Positions 12,501 to 25,419 of a stretch of DNA of 64,000 nucleotides are shown here, in pieces. Positions within the stretch are counted from its first letter, which is position 1. Each line of letters begins with the position of its first letter. Made by a program: the position numbers and the translations under genes. Source of the stretch: Prorocentrum cordatum. Its lineage: Eukaryota. The notes below the pieces were generated by a model. The model was not told where the DNA came from and did not search any database. It worked only from the letters and a program-made list of their open reading frames with translations. The stretch covers positions 434,001 through 498,000 of the forward strand of contig CAUYUJ010000303.1 of assembly GCA_963575745.1 (NCBI GenBank), written 5' to 3'.

Positions 12501-14607
12501 GATGGCATCCACCTGGAGCCAGTGCGCAGGGTCATCCGCAACCTCGAGAAGCACGGCCTGCAGCAGGAGGCGCGCGGCTTGCGATCCACCGTCATCGGAG
12601 CGCAGTGGCCCCAGCAGCAGCTGCAGGCCGCGGGCCTTGCTGACTCTCCGATGTGCCAGCGATGCGGGGAGGCCCCTGGCACGCTCCCGCACTGCCACGG
12701 AGCATGCATGGCGTGGGCTAGGGAGCGCAGGGAGAGCGAGATCGGCCAGGTCCACTTCCCCGAGGGTACGCTCACCGCGATGCAGGAGGCATTCTGGGGC
12801 AGGTGCCTGCTGCCCAACTGGAACGCGGGGCCGAGGCCGACGAGAGCGTGGCACACGGTCTGGAGCGTGGAGGTCCCAAGAGGTTTCTTCATGGACGACG
12901 GCTTCGTGGACGGATCAGGGCGTAGCCTCGCAGGCCCTGACGGCATGCGGGCGGGCTTCGGTTGCGCATCGGTGGACCACCTCGGGCGAGTCACTGGAGC
13001 CTGCCGCGGGCCATCTCCTGGCTGGCTACAGGAGGTGGGAGAGGGCGAGCTCTTCGCAGTGGAGGTCATGCTGCAGCACGCCGTGCCCCCTTTCACCATC
13101 TACAGCGACTACCAGGACATGCTCGACGGCATCGCCGCGGGGCCTGCCGTCTGCTGCGCGCCTGGCAAGGCCTACGCCGAGCAGTGGAGGAGGATCTGGC
13201 GTCTGATCATGGACATCGGGCAGGACCAACTCCAGTTCCGCAAGGTCAAGGCCCACCAGGCCATCACCCAGCTCGCGTACGGCTCCGTGGAGCGGCGGCT
13301 CGCCCTTGGCAATCACGCCGCCGACACCGAGGCCAAGCTGGGAGCGGCCTGCCACCCCTGCAGCTCGCAGGCTGAGGAGGAGCGCTTCGCCTCCCAGCAA
13401 GGGGCGGTGGGCCGCATGGCTGGCTGGGTGGCCCAGGTGTGTGTGCTTGCCAACGGGAGCCAGAGAGACACCACGGGCAAGCAGGTGCTGACGAGGGCCC
13501 CGCGGCACGAGGAGCAGCACGGCATGGTGCGTGCCGCCAAGCGCCACCGCACCCAGCCGCGCGGGCAGCCAGCGCCCGCCCCTGACAGGAGAGTCGGCAC
13601 GAGCCTGTGCATGGAACACGACGACCAGGACAGCGACAGCAGCGGAGACGAGCAGCCACAGCGCGGGGCCACGGTGCTGTCGGCGGAGGAGCTCGCGGCG
13701 GCAGCTGGGAGCGCAGGCCTGGCGGGGGGCTCCGATGGCGCGACCGATGGCAAGGACCTGGCCCAGCGTGTCAGCGCTGTCAGCAGCGGCGAGGCCGACC
13801 CCGCCTTGCCCCGAGGGGCCCAGCAGGGGGCGGCGAGCCAGGCCAGCGGCGGCGGGCCCGCAGGCCAGGCGGGCGGCTGGGCAGTGCAGGTCACCCCGCA
13901 GGGAGGCCAGGGCTGCAGCAGCCAGGCACGCCTCGACGACGAGGACAGCGACGACGCGCCGCTGGTGCGGCCGCGCTGGCAGGCGGCACCGCGGCGGCGG
14001 CAGCTCTACTCGGCGAAGGGCACGCTGGCTCGAGGAGGTGACAAGCGGCCTCGCGAGGCCGAGGCTCGGCAAGCAGCACTGGAGGCGAGCAGCAGCCAGG
14101 CCGATGGCAGGACGGCCAGCCTGGACGGCATCGGCCGCCGTGTGGCGGCACGGCTCCAGCGTGAGCGAGGGCCGCAGCTTTTCATGCACGACGACGAGGG
14201 CAGCGTGGTGGGCCTGCCGCTGCGGCATCGCGCGCAGTGGGTCGGCGGCGACAGCGCCCTGCCCTTCGCGTGCGACCGCTGCGGGGTCCGCTGCAGGGAC
14301 CGCGCCCAGCTGGAGGCGGCGCTGCGCCGCGGGGCGCCGGCTGCCGTGCTGGCGGCCGACACGTCGCACCGCCTGATGACCATGGGTGACGTGGTGTTCT
14401 GCAGCGCCTGCGGTGCAAGGGCGAGCGGAGGTGCGGCGGCACTGCTGGCGGCGAAGTGCTTGGGCAAGATCGCCAACGCCACGGCGGGCACGAGGCTCAA
14501 CAAGATGAAGGCGGGGAGGCACCCGAGGGCCACTTCATCGGCGAGCCCGTCCAGCTGGAGGCGCGCCTAACGGAGGCCCCAGCGGACGAGGGGTCGACAA
14601 CGGCATG
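9509..14607 (+). pseudogene. LINE-A ORF2: apurinic-type endonuclease, reverse transcriptase, Cys/His knuckle, RNase H, C-terminal CxxC motifs; frameshifted
   Basis: APE: FLGQETH, IIGGDFN, LDYW, DHRPV. RT: KKEGGVRPIAL, LDMTKAYERV, SILAGC, FVDD. Frameshift at ~11960. Knuckle CQRC..H..C. RNase H: FVDGS, EGELFA, IYSDY, KVKAH, GNHAAD. A second probable frameshift at ~14530. Confidence 0.9.
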
Positions 14608-14920
14608 AAGTTCGTGGGCGGCCCGCCGCCCAGCCTGGGCACTGCTGCGGCCGCTCGGCCTGCTGGGCGGCAGCGGGGGCGCGCTGGGCGGCGGGCGGCC
14701 CCAGGCGCAGCGTGGAAGCGGCTTGCGCCGTGCCGCGCCCGCGCCGAGGTGGGCTGGCGGCTGAGGCCGTAGGCCCGTGCCCGCCCGCGCGGCGGCGGCG
14801 GTCGGCGCCGTGCCGCGAGGGCGTGCCGCGCCCGCGGCGGCGAGGCGGGGGGCCGCCGCGCCGCTCGGGCGCGCGGGCGGCGCGCCGAGACAGACGGCCC
14901 GCCGCGCAAGTGGGTGCGGC
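9509..14920 (+). mobile_element. Non-LTR retrotransposon (LINE-A), 5'-truncated, APE-RT-RNase H
   Basis: Domain motifs as listed for its ORF. Both junctions lie in (CCT)n tracts (9386-9508 and 14921-14943). Confidence 0.9.
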
Positions 14921-15131
14921 TCCTCCTCTCCTCCTCCTCCTCGTCCCCCCCCCCCATCCCCAGATGGGCCCACGGCCTCCCCCCCCCCCAGATGGGATGG
15001 GTCCCGGGGTCCTCGGCCCCCCTTCCCCCTCCCCCCAGATGGGATGGGGTGGGGGAGGAAGAGGAGCAGGAGGAGGAGGAGGAGGACGAAGGCGAGGAGG
15101 AGGAGGAGGAGGACGACGACGACGACGGCTA

Positions 15132-15201
<70 letters not shown>

Positions 15202-15558
15202 ACCGACGACGACGACGACGACGACGACAACGACGACGACGACAACGACGACGACGTCGACGGCACCACCAGCGGCGGCGGCCACGACGTCTGTCAACAC
15301 GACACCACAATCCCAGCCACATGCCGCACCCACACCACACCCACAGGGGGGGAGGGAGGGGGGGAGGAGGACAATGGCGTCACCCCGCACACGCCCACAG
15401 CAACACACCACACCCACACCACATCCCAGAGGGGGGGGCGGGGGGGGGAAAGAAAAGAAGAGACCACCACGCCAGCCAACGCCCACGGCGTGGCATCCGC
15501 CGGGGGGGGGGGGGGCGATGGCTATTAGCATGGGGGGGGCCAAACCCTCGACCATATC

Positions 15559-16091
15559 ATATGGTCGAGGGTTTGGGCCCCCCCCGATGCTAATGCCATC
15601 GGGCCCCCCCTCCGCGCGATGCTCCCCCCGCCCCCCCGTTTTGGGCGTGGGCGTGGCGTGGTGGCTCCCCCCCCCCTATGGATGTGGTGTGGCTGTGGTG
15701 TGTTGCTGTGGGTGTGTGCGGGGTGACGCCATGGTCCTCCTCGCCCCCTCCCTCCCCCCCTGTGGGTGCGGTGTGGGTGCGGCGTGTGCTGGGATTGGCG
15801 GCCATGTTGACAGCCTGCCGACGACGTCGACGTCGTCGTCGTTGTCGTCGTCCCTCGTCCTTTTTGTCCGTCCCGTTGTCCCACCCCCCCCCGGTGTCGT
15901 CGTCGTTGTCGTCGTCGTCGTCGTCGTCGGCGTCGTAGCCGTCGTCGTCACTGCTGTCGTCATTGTCGTCGTCGTCCTCCTCCTCCACTTCCTCCTCGCC
16001 CCCCCTCGCCCCCATCCCATCTTGGGGGGGGCCCGATGACCCTGGGACCCATCCCATCTTGGGGGGCGGGAGGGGGCTGAGGACCCGGAGC

Positions 16092-16095
<4 letters not shown>
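15559..16095 (+). mobile_element. Third arm copy of the foldback element, abutting the previous terminus
   Basis: ATATGGTCGAGGGTTTGGG... in the same orientation as 8932, forming a palindrome centred on 15558. It ends at (TA)n 16095-16132. Confidence 0.8.
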
Positions 16096-16136
<41 letters not shown>

Positions 16137-16189
16137 GGGGGAGCAGACCCGGGCCCCGAAAAAAAGGCGCCCCGACCCTCCATGGGGGT

Positions 16190-19100
16190 ACCGGGGCTCA
16201 TTTTCCATGCGTTTTTACATGGTTTCCGCGTCCCGGGCCCCGGAGGCCACAGGGCTGCTGAAAGAGGCCCAAGGCTGTTCTGCAGATGGTTCCAAGAGGC
16301 CCAAGGACAATCTCAGAGCGCTCCAAGAGGGTCCCAAAACGGCTCCAGCAGGGGCGCCCGACGGAGCTGAAGCCCTCACTTGAGCAGCGATTTGGCATCG
16401 TTGTCCCTGTGTTTTTACAGGGTTTCCGCGTCCGGAGCCCTCGAGGGCGCAGCCTACGCGGAATGAGTTCCAATCACAGGTTCCACCTGGCCCGGCCCAA
16501 GGACAATCTCAGAGCGCTCCAAGAGGGTCCCAAAACGGCTCCAGCAGGGGTGCCCGACGGAGCTGAAGCCCTCACTTGAGCAGCGATTTGGCATCATTGT
16601 CCCTGTGCTTTTACAGGGTTTCCGCGTCCGGAGCCCTCGAGGGCGCAGCCTACGCGGAATGAGTTCCAATCGCAGGTTCCACCTGGCCCCGGGACAACCT
16701 CACAGGGCCCCAAGAGGGTCCCAAAACGGCTACAGCAGGGGTGCCCGACGGAGCTGAAGCCCTCACTTGAGCAGCGATGTTGCATCATTCGCCAGGATGC
16801 CGATCGCGCTCCGGAGGAGTCTTGCCGGAACGCGGTCGGTAAGCGCGCCATCCGAAGCGCCGTGCCCCGGGAGGGGAGCAGGAGGAGGAGGAGGTGGAGG
16901 AGGAGGAGGAGGAGGGAGAGGGGGAGGAGGAGGAGGATGACGATGATGATGATGATAATGCTGATGATGATGCTGATGATGATGATGATGATGATGGTGA
17001 TGATGCTTTTGATGATGATGATGATGCTGATGCTGATGATGCTGATGATGATGATGACGATGGCACCGGGGCTCATTTTCCGTGTTTTTTTTACAGGGTT
17101 GCCGCGCCCCGGGCTCCGGAGGCCGCAGGGGCCGCTGAAAGAGGCCCAAGGCTGTTCTGCAGATGGTTCCACCTGGCCCAAGGACAATCTCAGAGCGCTC
17201 CAAGAGGGTCCCAAAACGGCTCCAGCAGGGGTGCCCGACGGAGCTGAAGCCCTCACTTGAGCAGCGATTTGGCATCATTTTCCTTGTGTTTTTTACAAGG
17301 TTTCCGCGCCGGGAGCTCTCGAGGGCGCAGCCTACGCGGAATGAGTTCCAATCGCAGGTTCCACCTGGCCCCAGGACAACCTCACAGGGCCCCAAGAGGG
17401 TCCCAAAACGGCTCCAGCAGGGGTGCCCGACGGAGCTGAAGCCCCCACTTGAGCAGCGATTTTGCACCATTCGCCCCGATACCGATCGCGTTCCGGAGGA
17501 GTCTTGCCGGAACGCGGTCGGCAAGCGCGCCATCCAAAGCACCGCGTTCCCGGAGGGGGGCAGGAGGAGGAGGAGGTGGAGGAGGAGGAGGAGGAGGAGG
17601 GAGAGGGGGAGGATGATGATAATGATGATGATGATGATGATGATGAGAATACTGCTGATGATGATGATGGTGATGATGATGATGATGATGATGTTGATGA
17701 TGGTGATGCTGATGCTGACGCTGATGATGATGGTACCGGGGCTCATTTCCCTTATGTTTTTAACAGGGTTTCCGCGTCCCCGGCTCCGGAGGCCGCAGGG
17801 GCTGCTGAAAGAGACCCAAGGTGGTTCTGCAGACGGCTCCAATAGGCCCGAGGACAATCTCAGAGCGCTCCGAGAGGGTCCCCAAACGGCTCCAGCAAGG
17901 GTGCCCGACGGAGCTGAAGCCCTCACTTGAGCAGCGATTTGGCATAATTTTCCATGTGTTTTTACCGGGTTTCCGCGTCCGGAGCCCTCGAGGGCGCAGC
18001 CTGCGCGGAATGAGTTACAATCGCAGGTTCCACTTGGCCCGGCCCAAGGACAATCTCAGAGCGCTCCAAGAGGGTCCCAAAACGGCTCCAGCAGGGGTGC
18101 CCGACGGAGCTGAAGCCCTCACTTGAGCAGCGATTTTGCATCATTTTCTTTGTGTTTTAACAAGGTTTCCGCGTCGGATCTCACAGGAACTGAGTAGGGA
18201 ACTGCGTGATTTAAAAGATACTTCAGCGGATAGCGCTTCGAGGGCGCAGCCTACGCGGAATGAGTTCCAATCGCAGGTTCCACCTGGCCCCAGGACAACC
18301 TCACATGGCCCCAAGAGGGTCCCGAAACGGCTCCAGCAGGGGCGCCCGACGGAGCTGAAGCCCTCACTCGAGCAGCGATTTTGCATCATTCGCCCCGATG
18401 CCGATCGCGTTCCGGAGGAGTCTTGCCGGAACGCGGTCGGTGAGCGCGCCATCCAAAGCGCCGCGTTCCCGGAGGGGAGCAGGAGGAGGGGGAGGTGGAG
18501 GAGGAGGAGGAGGAGGAGGGTAAGTGGGGGGAGTAGTGAGGAGGAAGAGGAGGGTCAGGGAGCCAGTCGTCCAGGCTTCATGTGGGGCGGAAGGGGGTGG
18601 GGGGGTTGGTGTGGGGGATGGGGTGAGAGGGAGAGGTCGGCGTTCGTGGGAGGTGGGTGGGTGGGTGGAGGGAGGAGGACAATGCTGATGATTATGAGGA
18701 TGCTGCTGACGATGATGAGGATGATGACGATGATGATGATGATGTTGATGATGATGATGATGCTGTTGCCGAGTATGATGATGATGATGGTACCGGGGCT
18801 CATTTCCTTGCATTTTTCAGCGTTTCCGCGCCCCGGGTTCCGGAGGCCGCAGGGGCTGCTGAAAAGGGCCCAAGGCTGTTCTGCAGATGGTTCCAATAGG
18901 CCCGAGGACAATCTCAGAGCGCTCCAAGAGGGTTCCAAAACGGCTCCAGCAGGGGTGCCCGGCGGAGCTGAAGCCCTCATTTGAACAGCGATGTTGCATC
19001 ATTTTCTTTGTGTTTTTACAGGGTTTCCACGTCCGGAGCGCTCGAGGGCGCAGCCTACGCGGAGCGAATTCCAATCGCAAGTACCACCTGGCCCCAGGAC

Positions 19101-20169
19101 AACCTCACAGGGCCCCAAGAGGGTCCCAAAACGGCTCCAGCAGGGGTGCCCGACGGAGCTGAAGCCCCCACTTGAGCAGCGATTTTGCACCTTTCGCCCC
19201 GATACCGATCGCGTTCCGGAGGAGTCTTGCCGGAACGCGGGCGGCAAGGGCGCCACCCAAAGCACCGCGTTCCCGGAGGGGGGCAGGAGGAGGAGGTGGA
19301 AGGGGGAGGGGGAGGAGGGAGAGGGGGAGGAGGAGGAGGAGGAGGAGGAGGAGGATGACAATGCTGATTATGATGATGATGATGAGGATGATGATGATGA
19401 TAAGCGTTGGATGATGATGATGTTGATGTTGATGATGACGATGATGATGGTACCGGGGCTCATTTTCCTTGCGCGTTACAAGGTCTCCGCGCCCCGGGCT
19501 CCGGAGGCCGCAGGGGCTGCTGAAAGCCCAAGGCTGTTCTGCAGATGGTCTGAATAGGCCCAAGGACAATCTCAGAGCGCTCCGAGAGGGTCCCCAAACG
19601 GCTCCAGCAGGGGTGCCCGACGGAGCTGAAGCCCTCACTCGAGCAGCGATGTTGCATCATTTTCCGTGCGTTTCTACAGGGTTTCCGCGTCCGGAGCCCT
19701 CGAGAACGCAGCCTGCGCGGAAAGAGTTCCAATCGCAGGTTCCGCCTGGCCCGGCCCAAGGACAATCTCAGAGCGCTCCAAGAGGGTCCCAAAACGGCTC
19801 CAGCGGGGGTGCCCGACGGAGCTGAAGCCCTCACTTGAGCAGCGATTTTGCATCATTTTCTTTGTGTTTTTACAGGGTTTCCACGTCCGGAGCGCTCGAG
19901 GGCGCAGCCTACGCGGAGCGAATTCCAATCGCAAGTACCACCTGGCCCCAGGACAACCTCACAGGGCCCCAAGAGGGTCCCAAAACGGCTCCAGCAGGGG
20001 CGCCCGACGGAGCTGAAGCCTTCCTTTGAGCAGCGAGTTTGCATCATTCGCCCCGATACCGATCGCGTTCCGGAGGAGTCTTGCCGGAACGCGGTCGGCA
20101 AGCGCGCCATCCAAAGCACCGCGCCCCCGGAGGGGGGCAGGAGGGGGAGGAGGGGGAGGAGGAGGGAGA

Positions 20170-20200
<31 letters not shown>

Positions 20201-20770
20201 GAGGAGGATAATGCGGATGATGATGATGCTGATGATGATGACGATGGTGATGATGATGATGATGATGATGTTGATGATGATGATGATGATGGTACTGGGG
20301 CCCATTTTCCTCTTGGTTTTTTTTTACAAGGTTGCCGCGCCCCAGGCTCCGGAGGCCGCAGGGGCTGCTGGAAGAGGCCCGAGGCTGTTCTGCAGATGGT
20401 TCCAATCGGCCCGAGGACAATCTCAGAACGCTCCAAGAGGGTCCCAAAACGGCTCCATCAGGGGTGCCCGACGGAGCTGAAGCCCTCGCTTGAGCATCGA
20501 TGTGGCATCATTTTCTTTTTGCTTTTTACATGGTTTCCGCGTCAGGAGCCCTCGAGGGCGCAGCCTGCGCGGAATGCGTTCCAATCGCAGGTTCCACCTG
20601 GCCCCGGGGCAACCTCACAGGGCCCCAAGAGGGTCCCAAAACGGCCCCAGCAGGGGTGCCCGACGGAGCTGAAGCCCTCACTTGAGCAGCGATTTTGCAT
20701 CATTCGCCCCGATACCGATCGCGTTCCGGAGGAGTCTTGCCGGAACGCGGTCGGTAAGGGCGCCACCCGC
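16190..20770. repeat. Higher-order satellite (6 blocks, 15 core units) bounded by (TA)n tracts
   Basis: 15 copies of the core CAAGAGGGTCCCAAAACGGCTCCAGCAGGGGTGCCCGACGGAGCTGAAGCCC, ~190-200 bp apart within a block. Blocks are separated by (GGA)n/(GAT)n linkers. Confidence 0.92.
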
Positions 20771-20888
20771 CCAGAGGTCCTCCGGAACTGGAGATTGGTT
20801 CCCGAGCAAACTTCCGAACCGGAACATTTTGGGCAACAGCGAAAGCTCCGGAACCATCATCGCATCCCGGAACCATCTTACTTGACAC

Positions 20889-20950
<62 letters not shown>

Positions 20951-21709
20951 ATATGCATATCTTAAATAAATAGTATCTATTTACACATACATATGCTTTT
21001 TTTTTTTTGTTTTTTTTTTTTTTTTTTTTTTTTTTTCTTAGATGCGTTTATATTATACATGACGCATATACATATGCACACAATGCAGGTTTCATAGTTC
21101 AACACGTTATTATTTGTATATATATGTTTGCATCGACAAACGGCGACAGTAATGTGTAATAGCTAGTTGTGCATATATATGATACTGCATGTGTATACAT
21201 GTCAATCAGAGCGCCATGCCCAGGCCAGCCGGCCAACAACTGGGGGGCTGCGTGTTTAGCCTGGGGGGGTGGGGGGGGGGGGCCATCGATTTCGACGCCC
21301 CTCTCGAGAGATCGTCGATGCGATGGGTTCGCCCACGGGGGCATAAGGACCACAGCTCCCCCAGTTATGGCTGGTCGGATACCTGTCCGTTTTTCAAATC
21401 GGCAGCGCAACGAAGTCAGTTGCGCGAATCCGCCTGCATGCAAATGCCGGGCTCGAGCGCCCATGCCCAGGCCACGCGGCCACGCTGGCCGTGCCAAAAC
21501 ATGGGGGGGGGGAGGGCGACGACGGGGACAGGGATGGGGAGGGGGGGAAGGGGCGGGGGAGGGGGAAAAGCAGCAGGCGGGCTGGTTACATACGGGCTGC
21601 CCCCTCAATCCCACGCAGCCCGGGGAACTTGACCTCCAGCGTTGACCAAAATGCCAATCCAATGGCATAAAGCTGGAGGAGAAGCCGGTAGGGCCGAGGC
21701 TCTCTCCCA

Positions 21710-21931
21710 GAGGAGGAGGACGAGGAGGAGGACGAGGAGTAAAAGGAGGAGTAAAAGGAGGAGTAACAGGAGGAGGAGGGGAAGGAGGAGGAGGAGGAAC
21801 GGGGGGAGGAGGAGGCATGGGAGGAGGGGGGTGAGGAGGAGGAGGAGGAGGAGGAGGAGGAGGAGGAGACGGAGGAGGAGGAGGATGAGGAGGAGAAAGA
21901 GGAGGAGGAAGAGGAGGAGGAGGAGGGTGAC

Positions 21932-21973
<42 letters not shown>

Positions 21974-22160
21974 GATTATGATGAAGATGCTGATGACGAC
22001 GATGATGGTGGTGCTGCTGATGATGATGGTGATGCTGCTGATGATGACGATGGTGATGATGATGCTGATGATGCTGATGCTGATGATGATGTTGATTACC
22101 ATCATCATCGTGATGAAGCTGATGCTGGCGCTGGTGCCGATGCTGGTGCTGATGCTGGGG
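21710..22160. repeat. (GGA)n then (GAT)n microsatellites
   Basis: Directly visible. Confidence 0.9.
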
Positions 22161-22439
22161 CGCCCCCTAGCGCCCCACCCCAAGTGCGCGGATATCCTGA
22201 ATTCTCCCACCGCAACAACCCACAACACGCCTTTGGTTGAAAGTCGGAAGCACCGCACTCGTTCTGGAAATAAACATCTTCTTTCGACTCATCCTCCTCC
22301 TCCTCCTCCTCCTCCTCCTTATTGGCTTTCTCCTTCCCCGTCCGATTGCCTCGTCCCTTCCCCCCCTCCCCCCCTTCGCCTTCCTTGTTCGCGACTGCCT
22401 GATCATCCTTTACTTCTCCTCTTCCTCCTCCCCCCTCTA

Positions 22440-23076
22440 CAATTACACAATATGAAAATACTCTCCCACTTCCCCTGATGGCGTCCGGAAGATCTTCGGC
22501 ACCCCCCCGCGTATTGTTTTTTTACACACAGGATTCCCCGGAGTTGGGTTTTCGCTTGTGTTTTTTTTTCTAAAATGCTGCTCTCGCTGAGGCGCCGGCT
22601 TCATTTCTGCTCCCGAATCGTTCCGAATGGTGCTCCCGCTGCAGCGTGGGCTTCATTTTCGGATCGGTGTTTGGCCTCCGTCGTTGAGGATGGCGTTCTC
22701 GCCCCAGCGCGGGCCTCTTTCTCGCGCGCCCATCCGCCCGCCACCACCGCGCCGCACCACCGCCACCACCACCGCCACCACCACCACCACCATCACAACC
22801 ACCACCAGCACCAGCACCAGCACCACCACCAGCACGAGCACGAGCACCAGCACCAGCACCAGCACCAGCACCAGCACCAGCACCAGCACCAGCACCACCA
22901 CCACCACGCACACACGCACGCACGCACGCACGCACGCGCACCACCACCACTACGCACGCGCGCGGAGCCACAGGTCCGCTACGACACGCGTCCGCGGATA
23001 GAGAAAATCAGCGCCATGGTAAGGGATGGGAGGGAGGGGTAGGACGTCAGATATGACGCGAAGCGCAACCTAGCTT
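22440..23076 (-). repeat. Inverted copy of the dispersed repeat at 3670-4262
   Basis: Reverse-complement near-identity. Confidence 0.9.
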
Positions 23077-23727
23077 GCCGCCCCCCCTCCCCTTCCCCCC
23101 CCACCAATCCACCTCCCCCTTCTCCTCCCCTCTCATATCTCCTCCCTTATTACCTCATACACTCATTCATAGCCATCGTCATCAACCTCGCGATGGCCAA
23201 GTGATCCCCCGAGCGCAGCACAGTGGCATAACGAGGGGGGGGGGGGGGGGGGCGCAGGAGGAGGGGGGGGGGGGCGGGAGAAGGAAGGAAGAAGGAAGAG
23301 TGCGACGCTAAAAAGAGCAGGCTCACGTCATGCCACAGCCGCGAGCGTTCGAATGGGGCCGACTGCCCCAGCGAGCAGTTCTACAGTCGGGCCGCCGACA
23401 GGAGGGGCGCTAACTAAGGAACGAAGCCCCTTCTTGGCCCTGCAAGCGCCTCCATGCCCCAGGGGGGCAAGAGGAACAGCACTGGAGGAACCTAAGGAAC
23501 ATCGAGCCCCTTCCGAATCCAACCTTTCCCTTATTTCAGCATCTTGACTGGAGTCGGCCTCCCGTGCGCGCGTGCTGACGCGCGAGCTGAAACGTGCTCG
23601 ACTCTCTGCAGTGGAACAAGCTCGGCATGAACGGTGTGCTCCGATTTCGACCGCGCATTCGTGTCTTCTCGATATCCCCCCCCCCCCCCACCCCCCCACG
23701 CCCGCACGAAGGCGCACGCGCACGCGC

Positions 23728-23728
23728 C

Positions 23729-23765
<37 letters not shown>

Positions 23766-23845
23766 ACCCAACACCACACACAACACCCAACACCACACCA
23801 CACACACACACACACACACACATCACACACACACACACACAACAA

Positions 23846-23886
<41 letters not shown>

Positions 23887-24018
23887 ACACACACAACACA
23901 CCACACACCCACCACACACAACACACCAAACACACACCCACACAACACACACACACACACACACACCCACACACACACACACACACACAACACACACACA
24001 CACACCACACACACACAC

Positions 24019-24082
<64 letters not shown>
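23728..24082. repeat. Poly-C and (CA)n microsatellite
   Basis: Directly visible. Confidence 0.93.
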
Positions 24083-24084
<2 letters not shown>

Positions 24085-25419
24085 ATTGTCTCAAAACGAA
24101 ATCGAAACGGAAATTGCCGCGAAATCGCCACACCACCGTTTAGACCGAGACTTGGGCAACGCACCTCGAGGGCGCGCGGCGGGCACGGGAACGGGCGCTG
24201 GAACGGGCTCTTCCGAGAGCAGTAAGGAGGTTCGGAGGGCTGGGATATTGGCTAGGTCAATATGTTGGGGGGGGGTGAACGGGGGGAGAGGGAGCACCCG
24301 TAGACAAAAAAACAAGCGACACCACCCCGCGCACGGCTTCCCCCCCGTAGCGAATACCACGCAAACTCGCGCCATATATCCTGGTATAGGCTAAGTCCCT
24401 CAAGGGACTTAGCCTTTTATGCGCATGGGACGTTAATTAACGCCTGTAACGCGGAGGGGGGTGGGGGTGGGTCGTTTGTTTTCTGGTCCAGTTCGGCGGG
24501 CCCGAGCCCTCTCCGACGCAGCGCAGCCATCGCATCTCCTCATGTTTTTCTTCCTCAGCCTGGATCGCGGATCCTCATGCTTTTCCTCAGCCTTGATCAC
24601 AGATCCTCATGCTTTTCCTCAGCCTGGTCAAGCGCACGGGTCTGCGAAGGAGGGGCTTCCAAACAACCCAGAGAAGGTGCCACCGAACACTAGGAGAAGA
24701 GGCATGGGGGCGGTCACAGTGAGGGTGCGATCGCGCGCGATGGTCTTCGCGATGCATTGCAATGATCCCCAATGAACTGCGATGAGCTCCAATGGGACGA
24801 ATGTCGACTGAGGAGTGTGCGAGGCAGACGGTGTAGGCAAGGAGGAAGTGCGATGACGCTCATATAGGGGGGATGCGGTAAAAGCTGACAAGGGGAAGAC
24901 ACATGCCGTTAGAATTGCCCCCCCTCATCAACGATCATGTGGACGCCAGGTTCAGACAGGACAAAAAAGGGGAAGATAAACACATTGATGGGATACGCGT
25001 TGTAAAAATGGTGGCGGGGAAGGGACGGGCGATGGTGATTTGCGGGTGGGAGGGGCTGTTGGGCGAGGGGCTCTGGTGAGCAGGCAGCGGGGGAACATGG
25101 CAATAATGCGATTGCGGGTGTTGTTCTTGGCGAGGGCGAGCTTTGAACCGACAATTATTCTAAGCTTCCTAGATGGGGCCCGAATAGATGGGGTCGGAGG
25201 ATCGCACCGCATCGCCGATGCACTAACGATGCGGCTCGATGCGAGTCCGTGATTTCCCGCGCCAGCGCCGCCGATGCATCGCCGACGTCGCCTCTGCATC
25301 GCCGATGCATCCGCAATGCATATTGGCGACGCGGCGCTGTCCTTCGACCCCATCCATTCGATCGGACTCCATCTAGGAGGCTTCCAAATAGAGCGGAGAA
25401 CTGCCTTGCCGTATTCGTG

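Larger units (their letters stand above)
8932..15557. mobile_element. Foldback/MITE-like element with ~0.5-kb inverted arms, interrupted by a LINE
   Basis: The left arm 8932-9508 (ATATGGTCGAGGGTTTG...GTC/CCT tracts) is the reverse complement of the right arm ~15060-15557 (...CAAACCCTCGACCATAT). Confidence 0.78.

Noticed and set aside
11307..14533. Long antisense ORFs over LINE-A
   Set aside because: Expected shadow frames of GC-rich coding DNA, with no recognisable motifs.
16190..20770. CRISPR-like array
   Set aside because: Sequences between the cores are themselves repeated and ~150 bp or longer, there are no cas genes, and the context is eukaryotic.
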